A DNA stretch of 35,444 bases from a virus. Below the pieces are notes generated by a model. That model did no database searches, had not been told where the DNA came from, and worked only from the letters and a program-made list of their open reading frames with translations. Location of the stretch: the IMG/VR virus record IMGVR_UViG_3300002307_000013. One strand, given 5' to 3'. Shown in pieces: positions 15,494-24,956 of the stretch. The first letter of the stretch is position 1. Every line of letters starts with the position of its first letter. A program made the position numbers and the translations under genes.

Positions 15494-17758
15494 ATGGCCT
15501 TCGATCGATTTCTCATAGCCCCGATGCAGTCAGGGCTGCAGACTAACCTTCGCCCATGGTTAATCCAGGATGACGCCTTTTCTCAGCTCAATAACGCATA
15601 TCTCTTTCGGGGGAGGGTGAGGAAGCGATTTGGTGGAAGATTGATGGGTAGTGGTTGGCCTTCTGCCGCCCAGGAGCCCAACTATTCCCGGTTTAGAATA
15701 GCTCTTAGTGGTGGTGCCGGCGTTGGCACAACTGATGGTTCCGGGAATGCCACTGGTACCGTTCCTGGAGCCATGGGTGCTATTGGTCAGATGTTTTCCA
15801 TAGGCACTGAACTTTACACAGTTAATGCTCTTGGAACGCCTGTTGTAATGCTTGATACGGGAGCGACAACTACCAAGACTTTTGATACCTCAACAGGCGT
15901 GTATACGTTTGCGGGCGCGCCCATCAATACACAAATTTATTTTTATCCTGCCAAACCGGTAATGGGGTTAACAAATTACGAGGTAGGTCCCATTAATGAC
16001 CAACCATCATATGGATTTGATACCCAATTTGCGTATGTCTTTGCAGGAGGATTCTGGAATAGATCAGGCTCAGGAACGACTCCGATCTGGCATGGAGATA
16101 ATACAAACTTCTTTTGGGCTACTAATTGGGAAGGGGTGACTGATAATGTGGTCATTCTCTTTGTGACCAACTTTCAAGCAGCCGTTCCTACAGCAGTTCC
16201 CGCAACTGATGATCCTATGTGGTATTTTAATGGAACCACATGGACAGCATTCTCTCCCGCCTTTAATGTCGCAGGAGCGACGGTATCGACGGTATTTACG
16301 TGTCGTATCATCGTTGCCTTTAAGAATAGACTTCTATTGCTCAATACTATTGAACAGAGTGCAGATGGCTCAACAAATACAAGTTATGTGAACCGATGCC
16401 GTTACTCACATAATGGAAGCCCGCTCGCTGCATCTGCATATCTTGAGAAGAACCAAGTTGGATATACTGGCGGTGGATTTCTCGATGCTACCACTGAAGA
16501 GGCGATTGTAAGCGCTGAGTTTATTAAGGACCGTCTTATTGTATATTTTGAGCGGAGCACCTGGGAGATGGCTTATACAGGGAATGAGATTCTTCCTTTC
16601 GTGTGGCAAAAGATTAATACTGAGCTCGGTTCTGAATCAACTTTCTCGACCGTTCCTTTTGATAAGCAGATCCTCACGATAGGAAATACTGGTGTCCATG
16701 CTTGTAATGGTGCAAACGTAGAGAGGATAGATAACCAGATTCCTGACCAAGTCTTCGATATTGTCGACAAAGCTGAAGGAGTTGCGCGCGTTGCGGGTAT
16801 ACGTGATTACTTTGTGGAGATGGTATATTGGACCTTCCCTTCAGACAACCAATTAAGCTCTGAGGTCTATCCGACGAGAGTTTTGGTCTATAATTATCGA
16901 ACTGGGACATGGGCATTTAATGATGATTGTATAACCGCTTTTGGTTATTTCGAGCAACAAATAGGTACAACATGGGCATCAACTACGACCACATGGGAAG
17001 AGTCATCATTTGCCTGGAATAGTGGAACTACTGAAGCTCAGTTTCGACAGGTTATAGCGGGCAATCAGGAAGGATTTGTCTTTATTGTTGATGCGGACCA
17101 TGGTAGAAATGCTGCTGCTATGCAGCTGACTGATCTCGTGTATACTTCTGGATCATCAAGCACCGCAACGATTATCGACCACTCACTTGCGGTTGGCGAT
17201 TACATTATGATCGAGTTTGCACAGGGGATTACGAGTGTTAATAATAATATTTATCAAGTTGTTTCGATTATTGATACCAACACTGTTGCTATCGACACGG
17301 GTGTTCTTGTGGGAACCTATACAGGAGGCGGCTTCGTTACTCGAGTCTCCAATATCCAGATCCAAAGCAAGCAGTGGAACCCGTACGACAAAAAAGGTCA
17401 AAACGTCTATCTTGCGCGAATTGATTTCGCTGTTCAGAAAACATCCTCGGGGGCGATAACGGTCGACTACTATCCCTCATCGAGTAGCGTATCGATGGTT
17501 AATGACGGTAAGGCGACAAACGCTATTATGGGCACAGGTGTTCTTGAGACCTTCCCCTATAATCCTATCTACTATCCTCTTGAGCAGTACCAGGATAAGC
17601 TCTGGCATCCGATTTACTTCCAGTCAGACGGAGACTGCATACAGCTCAATATGTCGTTCTCAGACGCCCAGATACGCAACACGGCGATAGCGTTTTCTGA
17701 CTTTGAACTTGAGGGCATGGTGCTTCATACACAATCAACAAGTGCAAGGCTACAATAA
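15494..17758 (+). CDS. Large tail protein (754 aa), candidate nozzle / tail-tubular-B-like
   Basis: This is the largest structural gene. Its size and its position after a ~200-aa protein mirror the T7 gp11/gp12 arrangement. The N-terminus APMQSGLQTNLRPWLIQDDAFSQLNNAYLFRGRVRKRFG loosely parallels the gp12-type N-terminus. Confidence 0.45.
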   Translation: MAFDRFLIAPMQSGLQTNLRPWLIQDDAFSQLNNAYLFRGRVRKRFGGRLMGSGWPSAAQEPNYSRFRIALSGGAGVGTTDGSGNATGTVPGAMGAIGQMFSIGTELYTVNALGTPVVMLDTGATTTKTFDTSTGVYTFAGAPINTQIYFYPAKPVMGLTNYEVGPINDQPSYGFDTQFAYVFAGGFWNRSGSGTTPIWHGDNTNFFWATNWEGVTDNVVILFVTNFQAAVPTAVPATDDPMWYFNGTTWTAFSPAFNVAGATVSTVFTCRIIVAFKNRLLLLNTIEQSADGSTNTSYVNRCRYSHNGSPLAASAYLEKNQVGYTGGGFLDATTEEAIVSAEFIKDRLIVYFERSTWEMAYTGNEILPFVWQKINTELGSESTFSTVPFDKQILTIGNTGVHACNGANVERIDNQIPDQVFDIVDKAEGVARVAGIRDYFVEMVYWTFPSDNQLSSEVYPTRVLVYNYRTGTWAFNDDCITAFGYFEQQIGTTWASTTTTWEESSFAWNSGTTEAQFRQVIAGNQEGFVFIVDADHGRNAAAMQLTDLVYTSGSSSTATIIDHSLAVGDYIMIEFAQGITSVNNNIYQVVSIIDTNTVAIDTGVLVGTYTGGGFVTRVSNIQIQSKQWNPYDKKGQNVYLARIDFAVQKTSSGAITVDYYPSSSSVSMVNDGKATNAIMGTGVLETFPYNPIYYPLEQYQDKLWHPIYFQSDGDCIQLNMSFSDAQIRNTAIAFSDFELEGMVLHTQSTSARLQ

Positions 17759-18297
17759 TGGCAAATCCCCAGAATTCTGGCTCATTCATTCCCACAACAA
17801 ATATATGGGACGTGGCGGGTCAGATACAGCAGCTTAATATTAGTCCTGATTTCAAAGAGCTTCTCATACGGCTTTATCAAAACTTAAACTTGATATCTAT
17901 TAACGTTAATCTGCGTGATGCCGGATACTACGATACATCTGAGTTTGTAAACGGGCAGCTCTTCTTCCCAAACCCAGCTCTCAGCTCAAGTACCTCTGTA
18001 TCTCCCGCCTATCGCCAGGTCACGCGCTTCGTTATCAACTTTGGAGCTCTCCCTAATACGGGATCAAAGTCAGTAGCACACGGCTTAACGATTACTAACG
18101 AGTATACCTTTACGAGGATCTACGCAGCAGCGTCAGATACGACGGGGAATACATATATCCCTATCCCGTACACATCTCCCACCTTGGCCAATAATATTGA
18201 GATTTTTGTGGATTCCACGAATGTAACGATCACAACTGGATCGAATAGATCGAATTACAATGTATGTTACGTGATTTTAGAATATCTCGTTCAATAA
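17758..18297 (+). CDS. Tail-associated hypothetical protein (179 aa)
   Basis: The start is coupled to the upstream stop (TAATG). The ORF is clean. Confidence 0.55.
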   Translation: MANPQNSGSFIPTTNIWDVAGQIQQLNISPDFKELLIRLYQNLNLISINVNLRDAGYYDTSEFVNGQLFFPNPALSSSTSVSPAYRQVTRFVINFGALPNTGSKSVAHGLTITNEYTFTRIYAAASDTTGNTYIPIPYTSPTLANNIEIFVDSTNVTITTGSNRSNYNVCYVILEYLVQ

Positions 18298-18465
18298 AAA
18301 CTCCGTGACTAAGGGGGTGCCTCGCCACGGAGCCTGAAGCAGCATACAAACCATTATGATGGGTTAATGCTGGCAGTGAAACTAACACGATCCTCTTATG
18401 GTTGTCAAACAACTGGCGCATTCGTATGCTGATTTGAGAAATAAAGGTTTAAGTGGAGAGAGATC

Positions 18466-19152
18466 ATGGCATTACCATTGCTTGCAGGATTAGCGGGAGC
18501 GGCCGGACTTGGTGCTGGCATTGAAGAGTTGGTGCGGAGAGGTAAGGGTGGACCGGGTGGTAATTTTCTGACGGGATATCCCGATAAGACGCAACAGGTC
18601 CAGCGCTTTACGACCAATCAGCAGCAATTACAGAATCAATCTCTCCAACAAGCGCTTTCGTTGTTGAGTGGAAATAATTCTCAGCTTGGTCAAAACTTAT
18701 TTGCTCCTATAGCAGGACGCGCGCGTACTAATTTCGCTACAAAGACGATACCATCACTTGCTGAACGATTCACTTCACTGGGAGACAGTCAGCGATCGAG
18801 TGCGTTTCAAGGATCTCTTGGAGAAGCGGCGTCTGGTCTTGATCAGGGTCTAGCAGGACTCGAATCAGGTAACACATTACAGCTCCTTCAGCTCCTCTTA
18901 GGTCTCGGTATGCAGCCATCTTTTGATACGACATATACCGCTCCCCAGCAGGGCCTTTTGCATGCGTTAGCGCCTGCGGCAGGACAAGCGGCATTACTAG
19001 CATTCGGAGCGCCACCAGGGCTTGGAGATTATTCGGGATATGGAAACCTCTTCCAGCTTCTTTCAAGTCTTCAGTCACCGCGCAATATGCAACAACCTTC
19101 CGCGATTCAGCAACAAAACGCTCAATCAGCCAATAGATTAGGAGGAGCATAA
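18466..19152 (+). CDS. Gly/Gln/Leu-rich internal-virion-like protein (228 aa)
   Basis: GGAGAG SD. The low-complexity Q/G/L composition and the position after the tail genes resemble podovirus ejection or internal proteins. Confidence 0.45.
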   Translation: MALPLLAGLAGAAGLGAGIEELVRRGKGGPGGNFLTGYPDKTQQVQRFTTNQQQLQNQSLQQALSLLSGNNSQLGQNLFAPIAGRARTNFATKTIPSLAERFTSLGDSQRSSAFQGSLGEAASGLDQGLAGLESGNTLQLLQLLLGLGMQPSFDTTYTAPQQGLLHALAPAAGQAALLAFGAPPGLGDYSGYGNLFQLLSSLQSPRNMQQPSAIQQQNAQSANRLGGA

Positions 19153-19153
19153 G

Positions 19154-20299
19154 ATGCCACAAATTATTAATCCCGGACCAAGTTTAGGATATCTTTTAGG
19201 TACAGGATTGGGCTCTGGCTTACAACAGCTTGCCCAAAATAAATTGGGCGAAATGCAGGCGAGAAGTCAGCAAGCTCGAGTTTCCCAAGGGCTTTCTGCG
19301 CTTGGCATTCCCGCCCAAGAAGCACATCAGATCGCATCGCTTCCTGAACAACTCCAAGGGTTAGTGGTCAAAAATTACCTTGCCGCAGCAGAATCAAAAG
19401 GTCTTGATGAGGCGCTTTCTTCATTGAGAGGAGAACCAGCTCAACATCCATTACAAAATACGATGTCTCCTCAAGAACCTTCTGCGCAGTTAATGAAGAG
19501 TACTACTCCTCAACAGAAGATGCAGCCATCTCAGAAATCTCCTGAAATACCTTCATATACGAGCCCAGAGGGCATGGAAAAAGGTGCTGAGAATTTTGCA
19601 GATCTTCTCAAGCGCTCTCGGCTCAGCCCACAAGATAAGTTAAAAGTAGAATCGCTACGACAAGCGCGCGATCTTCACAAAGAGAAGCTGAGTGCTAAAG
19701 AGCAGGAGCTCGTTAATAAAGAGACGAAGCCTGTCTATGACGAAATCTCTAAAGGAGCAAAGTCTGCTCAAAATAATAATAAGCGGCTTGATAGGATGGA
19801 AACTCTTGTTAAAAAGGGAAATTTAGTAGGATCACTATGGGGCTCTCTTTTAGAGACAGCAACACATGGAATATTCGGTCTTGGCATAGATCTTCACAGC
19901 CTCCTCCATCCCGATTCTCAAGAGTTTAGAAAACTAAGTAGCGATTTTTTAAAGGACGCTAAGGACACTTTTGGATCGCGACTTACTAATTATGATGTTA
20001 AAACATTTCTTTCCACCGTTCCTACTTTAAGTCAAAGTGATGCGGGAAAGTTACGTGTTATTAGAAATCTACGCTCTTTTAATGAGGCTGCATTGGCGCG
20101 CAAAAAGGCTCTTGATGACATTATTAAAGAAAATGGCGGGAGAAGGCCGGCTAATCTTGATACATTAGTTGAAGAGCGCGTGTCTCCCCTTCTTGATTCT
20201 TTGGCAACCAAGTTTAAAGAGGGGGTGCCTTCAGAAGAAGAGTCAGAAAGAACAGAGAATAAATCGTGGCTTGTTCCTGAAGCCCTTCGGGTGAGATAG
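19154..20299 (+). CDS. Internal-virion-like protein (381 aa)
   Basis: GGAGGAG SD. The N-terminus is Gly-rich (GPSLGYLLGTGLGSGLQQLAQNKL) and is followed by long charged helices. Confidence 0.45.
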   Translation: MPQIINPGPSLGYLLGTGLGSGLQQLAQNKLGEMQARSQQARVSQGLSALGIPAQEAHQIASLPEQLQGLVVKNYLAAAESKGLDEALSSLRGEPAQHPLQNTMSPQEPSAQLMKSTTPQQKMQPSQKSPEIPSYTSPEGMEKGAENFADLLKRSRLSPQDKLKVESLRQARDLHKEKLSAKEQELVNKETKPVYDEISKGAKSAQNNNKRLDRMETLVKKGNLVGSLWGSLLETATHGIFGLGIDLHSLLHPDSQEFRKLSSDFLKDAKDTFGSRLTNYDVKTFLSTVPTLSQSDAGKLRVIRNLRSFNEAALARKKALDDIIKENGGRRPANLDTLVEERVSPLLDSLATKFKEGVPSEEESERTENKSWLVPEALRVR

Positions 20300-20303
20300 T
20301 CGC

Positions 20304-20480
20304 CTACTGTCCCATAGAAGAGTTATACATCATGTATGAAACCATGACGATCCATCCGAGTGGAGTTAAGAAAAGTGCCATTCCCGCGAAAATAATAAAC
20401 ATGCACATGTAAAATAGCGCCATGAGTGACATGCCTAGTACAAAGCATATTATCCCGACTATTAATGACACAATTCCCAT
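20304..20480 (-). CDS. 58-aa double-TM membrane protein (candidate holin, superinfection-exclusion factor or membrane toxin)
   Basis: Hand translation: MGIVSLIVGIICFVLGMSLMALFYMCMFIIFAGMALFLTPLGWIVMVSYMMYNSSMGQ. A GGGGGGA SD lies upstream. The gene starts 10 nt after the RHH gene stop. It is below the ORF-track cutoff. Confidence 0.45.
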   Translation of the reverse strand: MGIVSLIVGIICFVLGMSLMALFYMCMFIIFAGMALFLTPLGWIVMVSYMMYNSSMGQ

Positions 20481-20490
20481 ACATCCCCCC

Positions 20491-20658
20491 TTATTGATCG
20501 TATTTCGACTCTTCTCTAATTCTCTTTAAAAGAGCCTGTATCACCACAATTGTGATTGAACAGTTCCTTTTATCGGCTATAGCCACAACATCCCTATAAA
20601 TTTCTTGCGGTATGAGAATTTGAAGCTTATGTCGCGGTATCTTCTTTTGTGGGCTCAT
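20491..20658 (-). CDS. Ribbon-helix-helix (CopG/Arc-like) DNA-binding protein (55 aa)
   Basis: Hand translation: MSPQKKIPRHKLQILIPQEIYRDVVAIADKRNCSITIVVIQALLKRIREESKYDQ. This reads as a beta-strand (LQILIP) followed by two helices, the typical RHH layout. It is below the ORF-track cutoff. Confidence 0.55.
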   Translation of the reverse strand: MSPQKKIPRHKLQILIPQEIYRDVVAIADKRNCSITIVVIQALLKRIREESKYDQ

Positions 20659-20689
20659 ATTCTTTGCCATTCATGTCTTATGAGTCGCT

Positions 20690-20737
20690 TTGATTGATAT
20701 CTCTATATATTATGATCATAATATGATGATAAATCAA
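20690..20737. promoter_or_regulatory. Interdigitated divergent promoters sharing an 18-bp perfect palindrome (candidate RHH operator)
   Basis: The palindrome ATATTATGATCATAATAT is at 20707-20724. The + promoter is TTGATA (20694-99), N17, CATAAT (20717-22). The - promoter is TTGATT (20737-32), N17, CATAAT (20714-09). Both share a symmetry centre at 20715/20716. Confidence 0.55.
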
Positions 20738-20807
20738 GAAATATCTTGCTTCACATCGAGCGCTATGAGCTAATGGGATCACGTATATATTTCTTGAGGA
20801 GGCTTAC

Positions 20808-21443
20808 ATGAGTGTTCAGCAATACCAAAACGTATCTTATGGGCTTACCCAACCGCTTAATGTTGAGGCAGCTCTTCCTATAGTATCAACGCGAAATCCT
20901 GGCGTTGCAGATAAGGCTCAGATTGGGACCATATGGATAAACCAGTTGACCAATAATGCTTGGATACTCACTTCCATAACTAATAATCAAGTAAATTGGG
21001 AACTTTCTGGTGGTGGTGGGGGAATAGGAGATTTTACATCAGTTGATGTTAATCCTGGAAATCTTACCATTGATGCGGGAGATCTCAGTATTACTGAAGG
21101 GAATGCTAATATTGGCGGATCATTAACGGTGGAATCTGACATAACTATGACGGCCGGAAGTCTCTCTATAACTGAAGGAGATGTCACGATTGAAGCTGGA
21201 AATTTAGAGGTCACTGAAGGAAACATCGCTGCTGTAGCCGGAGAGGTTCAAGTTGGAACGTACATTAGCTTCCTTTCTCCAGTAGGTCCAACCATTAGAT
21301 TTGGAGCTGGAGACCCTAATGGCGTTGTGGCTGCAACTCAGGGATCTCTTTATCTTAATACTGCTGGATCAACAACTTCTAATAGGTTGTGGGTTAACAC
21401 TACCGGTGTTACAGCTTGGGCGTATGTAACAACATCTGTATAA
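20808..21443 (+). CDS. Tail fibre or receptor-binding protein 1 (211 aa)
   Basis: GAGGAGG SD. The N-terminal ~70 aa are paralogous to 22026-23537 (MSVQQYQNVSYGLTQPLNVEA...). Short G-x-L-x-ITEG repeats follow. The C-terminus is GAGDPNGVVAATQGSLYLNTAGS...LWVNTTGVTAW. Confidence 0.7.
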   Translation: MSVQQYQNVSYGLTQPLNVEAALPIVSTRNPGVADKAQIGTIWINQLTNNAWILTSITNNQVNWELSGGGGGIGDFTSVDVNPGNLTIDAGDLSITEGNANIGGSLTVESDITMTAGSLSITEGDVTIEAGNLEVTEGNIAAVAGEVQVGTYISFLSPVGPTIRFGAGDPNGVVAATQGSLYLNTAGSTTSNRLWVNTTGVTAWAYVTTSV

Positions 21444-21471
21444 ATAACCCATCATTATATAGGGAGTATGT

Positions 21472-21657
21472 ATGGATATCGTTTCTGAAGTAACCCTCAC
21501 TTATAAAATCAACAATCGCGTTTATCGTCTTTCAGTTCCCTGGACCGCTCCATACTCTGAGGTTCATGAAGTTTTAAAAATATTTTCAGAGAAAGCCTTG
21601 GAGATCGAAGCAGATGCTCGACAAAGAATAGATAAATCTGCTTTGAATAATGAGTAA
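21472..21657 (+). CDS. Small hypothetical protein (61 aa), possibly a fibre chaperone
   Basis: AGGGAG SD. The gene sits between fibre genes. Confidence 0.45.
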   Translation: MDIVSEVTLTYKINNRVYRLSVPWTAPYSEVHEVLKIFSEKALEIEADARQRIDKSALNNE

Positions 21658-21668
21658 TAAGGAGTTTT

Positions 21669-22016
21669 ATGTCACTCAAGAATAGTATTAATGCGATACC
21701 TCTCACGAGCAGGGATTCCGCGACATTCAACAATACACTTCAAATATTGAGTGCAGATGCTGGTCTTCCTGGCGCATGTGTCATCCTTCGTATTGTTAAT
21801 GACTCAAACGTGACTATTGGCGTTAGTTATGATGGTGTTACTTTCAATGACTCCGTCAGATCAGGATCAGATCTACAACTCTACTTTCAAACAAATTCTC
21901 AACCAGGAAACTTTGTTGCATGCATGCCCAAGGGAACTAAGGTATATGTTATTGGGGCCGCTGCTGGAGCAGGGTTTGTATACCTTACTGGATATTATCA
22001 GCAAGAAGGTTACTAG
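21669..22016 (+). CDS. Hypothetical protein (115 aa) within the fibre cluster
   Basis: AAGGAG SD and a clean ORF. Confidence 0.55.
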   Translation: MSLKNSINAIPLTSRDSATFNNTLQILSADAGLPGACVILRIVNDSNVTIGVSYDGVTFNDSVRSGSDLQLYFQTNSQPGNFVACMPKGTKVYVIGAAAGAGFVYLTGYYQQEGY

Positions 22017-22025
22017 GAGCTTGCA

Positions 22026-23537
22026 ATGAGCGTGCAACAATATCAAAATATATCTTATGGACTAACCCAACCACTCAATGTTGAGGCGCAGATTCCTATC
22101 ACTTCAGTGCGAGATCCTCAGGTGGGAGATAAGGCTCAAATAGGAACATTATGGGTCAATAAATCATCAAATAATACCTGGGTTATTACTTCTATTGTTA
22201 ATAACCAGGCAAATTGGGAATTGGTAGGATCTGGACCATCGAGCGGAATAACTATCGCAGGCAATAGTGGAGGAGCTGTTGGCCCAAATTCTTTTGGTAT
22301 TATCAATTTAATAGGAGAAGATGGTGTTACTATAATAGGAAATCCTGGAGCAAACACGCTCACTGTAACTTCCTCGTCAGATCTCACACTCACAGGAAAT
22401 AGTGGGGGAGAGGTAGGTCCAAATTCGCTAGGTAATATCAATATTATTGGCGATGGGGGCGTTATTATCGTAGGAGATCCTGGAACCAATACTTTAACAG
22501 TTTCATCTTCTTCCGATCTTACAATCACAGGAAATGAGGGTGGAGCTGTAGGTCCAGATGGATCTGGAAATATCAGTATTATTGGTGATAGTGGAGTTAC
22601 TATTTCTGGAAATCCTGGAACACATACTCTTACTGTATCGTCGTCATCAGATTTGACGCTTAAAGGCAACACAGGATCCGCTGTTGGTCCAGATTCGTTT
22701 GGGAATATTAATATTATAGGTAGTAGTGGAGTAAGTATTGATGGTGATCCATTAACTAACACCTTAACAGTCTCATCATCTATAGAAGCTGATCTTACGA
22801 TAACGGGTAATTCTGGTGGCGCTGTTGGTCCAGACAGCTTAGGTAATATTAATATTATTGGTGATAGTGGAGTAATAATCACAGGAAACCCTGGGACTAA
22901 TACACTTACTGTATCCTCGTCCTCAGATTTGAGTATTAGTGGAAATACTGGTGGGCCTATTAGCCCTGATATTTCTGGGAATATCAATATTATTGGAAGT
23001 AGTGGTGTTACTATAACAGGAGACCCATTCTCAAATACTCTTACCGTATCTTCTTCTGCAGATCTTTCTCTGACAGGTAATACGGGAGGATCTATAACTC
23101 CAAATTCATTAGGAAATATTGATATTGTGGGTAGTGGATTGATCACTGTGGCAGGTGATCTACTTTCCAACACTTTAACTATTTCCGCTTTAAATAGTGG
23201 ATTTGTTACCGTGGTGACTACTGATGATACACCAACGATTCTTTTGACTATACCTGTTCCTTTGACAGGAAAGTCTCTTATTGTAACGGCAACTATTGTG
23301 GCAACTGAAGCTTCAGGATTTGATTCTCTGGGAGCGACTATAACGCTCACAGTTCTTTACCCTACTGGTGGAGATGTTTTAACGGTTGGAATTCCAACTA
23401 TCAATCTTAATACGACGTCAACGGCAAATGTGACCGGATATGGTGATCCAGCATCAGAGTCTGCGATTATTTCTGTGATAGGAGTTGTAGGACAAACCTG
23501 GAACTGGTCAGCTACATATCAATACATAGTGGGTTAA
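22026..23537 (+). CDS. Tail fibre or receptor-binding protein 2 (503 aa) with seven ~45-aa tandem repeats
   Basis: It shares an N-terminal anchor with 20808-21443. The repeat unit is roughly TGNSGGAVGPxSxGNINIIGDSGVxIxGNPGTNTLTVSSSSDL. Confidence 0.75.
   Translation: MSVQQYQNISYGLTQPLNVEAQIPITSVRDPQVGDKAQIGTLWVNKSSNNTWVITSIVNNQANWELVGSGPSSGITIAGNSGGAVGPNSFGIINLIGEDGVTIIGNPGANTLTVTSSSDLTLTGNSGGEVGPNSLGNINIIGDGGVIIVGDPGTNTLTVSSSSDLTITGNEGGAVGPDGSGNISIIGDSGVTISGNPGTHTLTVSSSSDLTLKGNTGSAVGPDSFGNINIIGSSGVSIDGDPLTNTLTVSSSIEADLTITGNSGGAVGPDSLGNINIIGDSGVIITGNPGTNTLTVSSSSDLSISGNTGGPISPDISGNINIIGSSGVTITGDPFSNTLTVSSSADLSLTGNTGGSITPNSLGNIDIVGSGLITVAGDLLSNTLTISALNSGFVTVVTTDDTPTILLTIPVPLTGKSLIVTATIVATEASGFDSLGATITLTVLYPTGGDVLTVGIPTINLNTTSTANVTGYGDPASESAIISVIGVVGQTWNWSATYQYIVG
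22248..23189 (+). repeat. Coding tandem repeat array, 7 units of ~135-141 nt
   Basis: Read from the translation of aa 75-388 of the 22026 gene. The units are diverged, not identical. Confidence 0.8.
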
Positions 23538-23546
23538 GGAGCACAT

Positions 23547-24953
23547 ATGTCACAAGCTGGATTTGTATTACAATCTGGTGTTGCGGGAGTTGGTCCTGCT
23601 GCATATATTGAAGATTCTTCTGGAGATAGCGTTGCTATAGGATTAAATGGATCAGGATCATTCGTGATTGTTACTGGTACTGAGCCGGTTTCAACAGCAG
23701 CTCCTCCCCAATTTGAGATAGACACGAGCGGAAATATCACATTAATCGCCGCAGACACGGTAAATATTGGACAAGGATCTCTTAAGATTACTGGAGTAGG
23801 AGGCTATCTAGTTCTTCCCCCTTCAGGATTTGGAACTCCATCTCAAGGGTTTATATCATTTGATGGAACAGGATCAACTCCGTATATTCAATTTGAAGGA
23901 GTAACAAATTCTTTCTTTGGGGCCGGAGCGGGAAATTTTCCGGGTATTAGTGGTTCGAATAATACTGGATGTGGATACAATGCATTATCGAATATTACAT
24001 CAGGAAACTCGAATTGCGCGATTGGAAGAGGAGCTCTTACATCATTAACAACAGGTATAGGATGTGTTGGTGTTGGTGATGGATGTTATAATAATATTAC
24101 CACTTCTCAAGACAATGTTGGATTGGGAACGAGCGCGGCAAGTAATGTTATCACGGGAAACAATTCTGTCATTATTGGGGCTCAAGCTCTTAATATTGCG
24201 CTCACTTGTTCTAATACTGTTGCTATAGGACAGAATTGTTTAGCGGCGCTTGGTTCTTCTACAAATAATATAGCTATAGGTCAAAATGCAGGATCAATGC
24301 TTACCGCGACAAATAGTAATAATATCATTATTGGAAGCTTGGGTGTTTCAGGTGATAATGGAGTAACTAGAATTGGTACCCAAGGAACACAAACTGGATG
24401 TCAGATTGCCGGCATATCAGGTGGAACTTTGCTTGGAGCCCCATATGTTCCTGTTATGGTAGCAACTGATGGGAGCTTGGGAACGATTGGCGGAGGTACG
24501 GATGGACAGATTCTTATTGGATCGAGTGCAACATCCCCATCTTGGGCAAATATTACTGCCGGAACCAATATAACTATCACAAATAATCCCAATGCTATAA
24601 CTATTAATGCTACAGGTCCTGCGTCATTTACATGGACTGAGGTTGCTTCACCCACATACTCTATGAGCCCCAATTCTGGCTATATTATTAATAGTTCGAG
24701 CACCGTTGTAATTACCCTTCCATTTATTATTAACGAAGGACAGATTGTTTCTATTGTGGGTAAAGGTACCGGAGGATGGAGTATAGCCCAAAATCCAGCA
24801 CAAATCATTCATTATGGAACTTCAAATACAACAACAGGAATTGGAGGATCACTCTCTTCTACTAATCAATACGATTGTGTTGATATCATTTGTACGACGA
24901 CAAATAATAATTTTGTTGTTCGAAGTTCTGTCGGCAATCTAACCGTGGTGTAG
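23547..24953 (+). CDS. Tail fibre protein 3 (468 aa) with N-x-A-x-G type repeats
   Basis: AAGGAG SD. The central NTGCGYNALSNITSGNSNCAIGRGALTSLTTG...NTVAIGQNCLAALGSSTNNIAIGQNAGS resembles YadA-head/Hep_Hag-like repeats. GTDGQILIGSSATSPSWANIT is shared with 26927 and 28247. Confidence 0.65.
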   Translation: MSQAGFVLQSGVAGVGPAAYIEDSSGDSVAIGLNGSGSFVIVTGTEPVSTAAPPQFEIDTSGNITLIAADTVNIGQGSLKITGVGGYLVLPPSGFGTPSQGFISFDGTGSTPYIQFEGVTNSFFGAGAGNFPGISGSNNTGCGYNALSNITSGNSNCAIGRGALTSLTTGIGCVGVGDGCYNNITTSQDNVGLGTSAASNVITGNNSVIIGAQALNIALTCSNTVAIGQNCLAALGSSTNNIAIGQNAGSMLTATNSNNIIIGSLGVSGDNGVTRIGTQGTQTGCQIAGISGGTLLGAPYVPVMVATDGSLGTIGGGTDGQILIGSSATSPSWANITAGTNITITNNPNAITINATGPASFTWTEVASPTYSMSPNSGYIINSSSTVVITLPFIINEGQIVSIVGKGTGGWSIAQNPAQIIHYGTSNTTTGIGGSLSSTNQYDCVDIICTTTNNNFVVRSSVGNLTVV

Positions 24954-24956
24954 TTT

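Noticed and set aside
22248-23189. A CRISPR-like array, suggested by regularly spaced repeats
   Set aside because: The repeats are ~135-141 nt, diverged, contiguous without spacers and in frame inside a coding sequence. This is a protein tandem repeat.
22136-23350. A 404-aa ORF on the - strand, the longest antisense ORF in the window
   Set aside because: It is the mirror image of the tandem-repeat region of fibre gene 22026-23537. The repeat codon usage simply lacks antisense stops. It has no SD and no independent motif. The + strand product has clear fibre paralogues.
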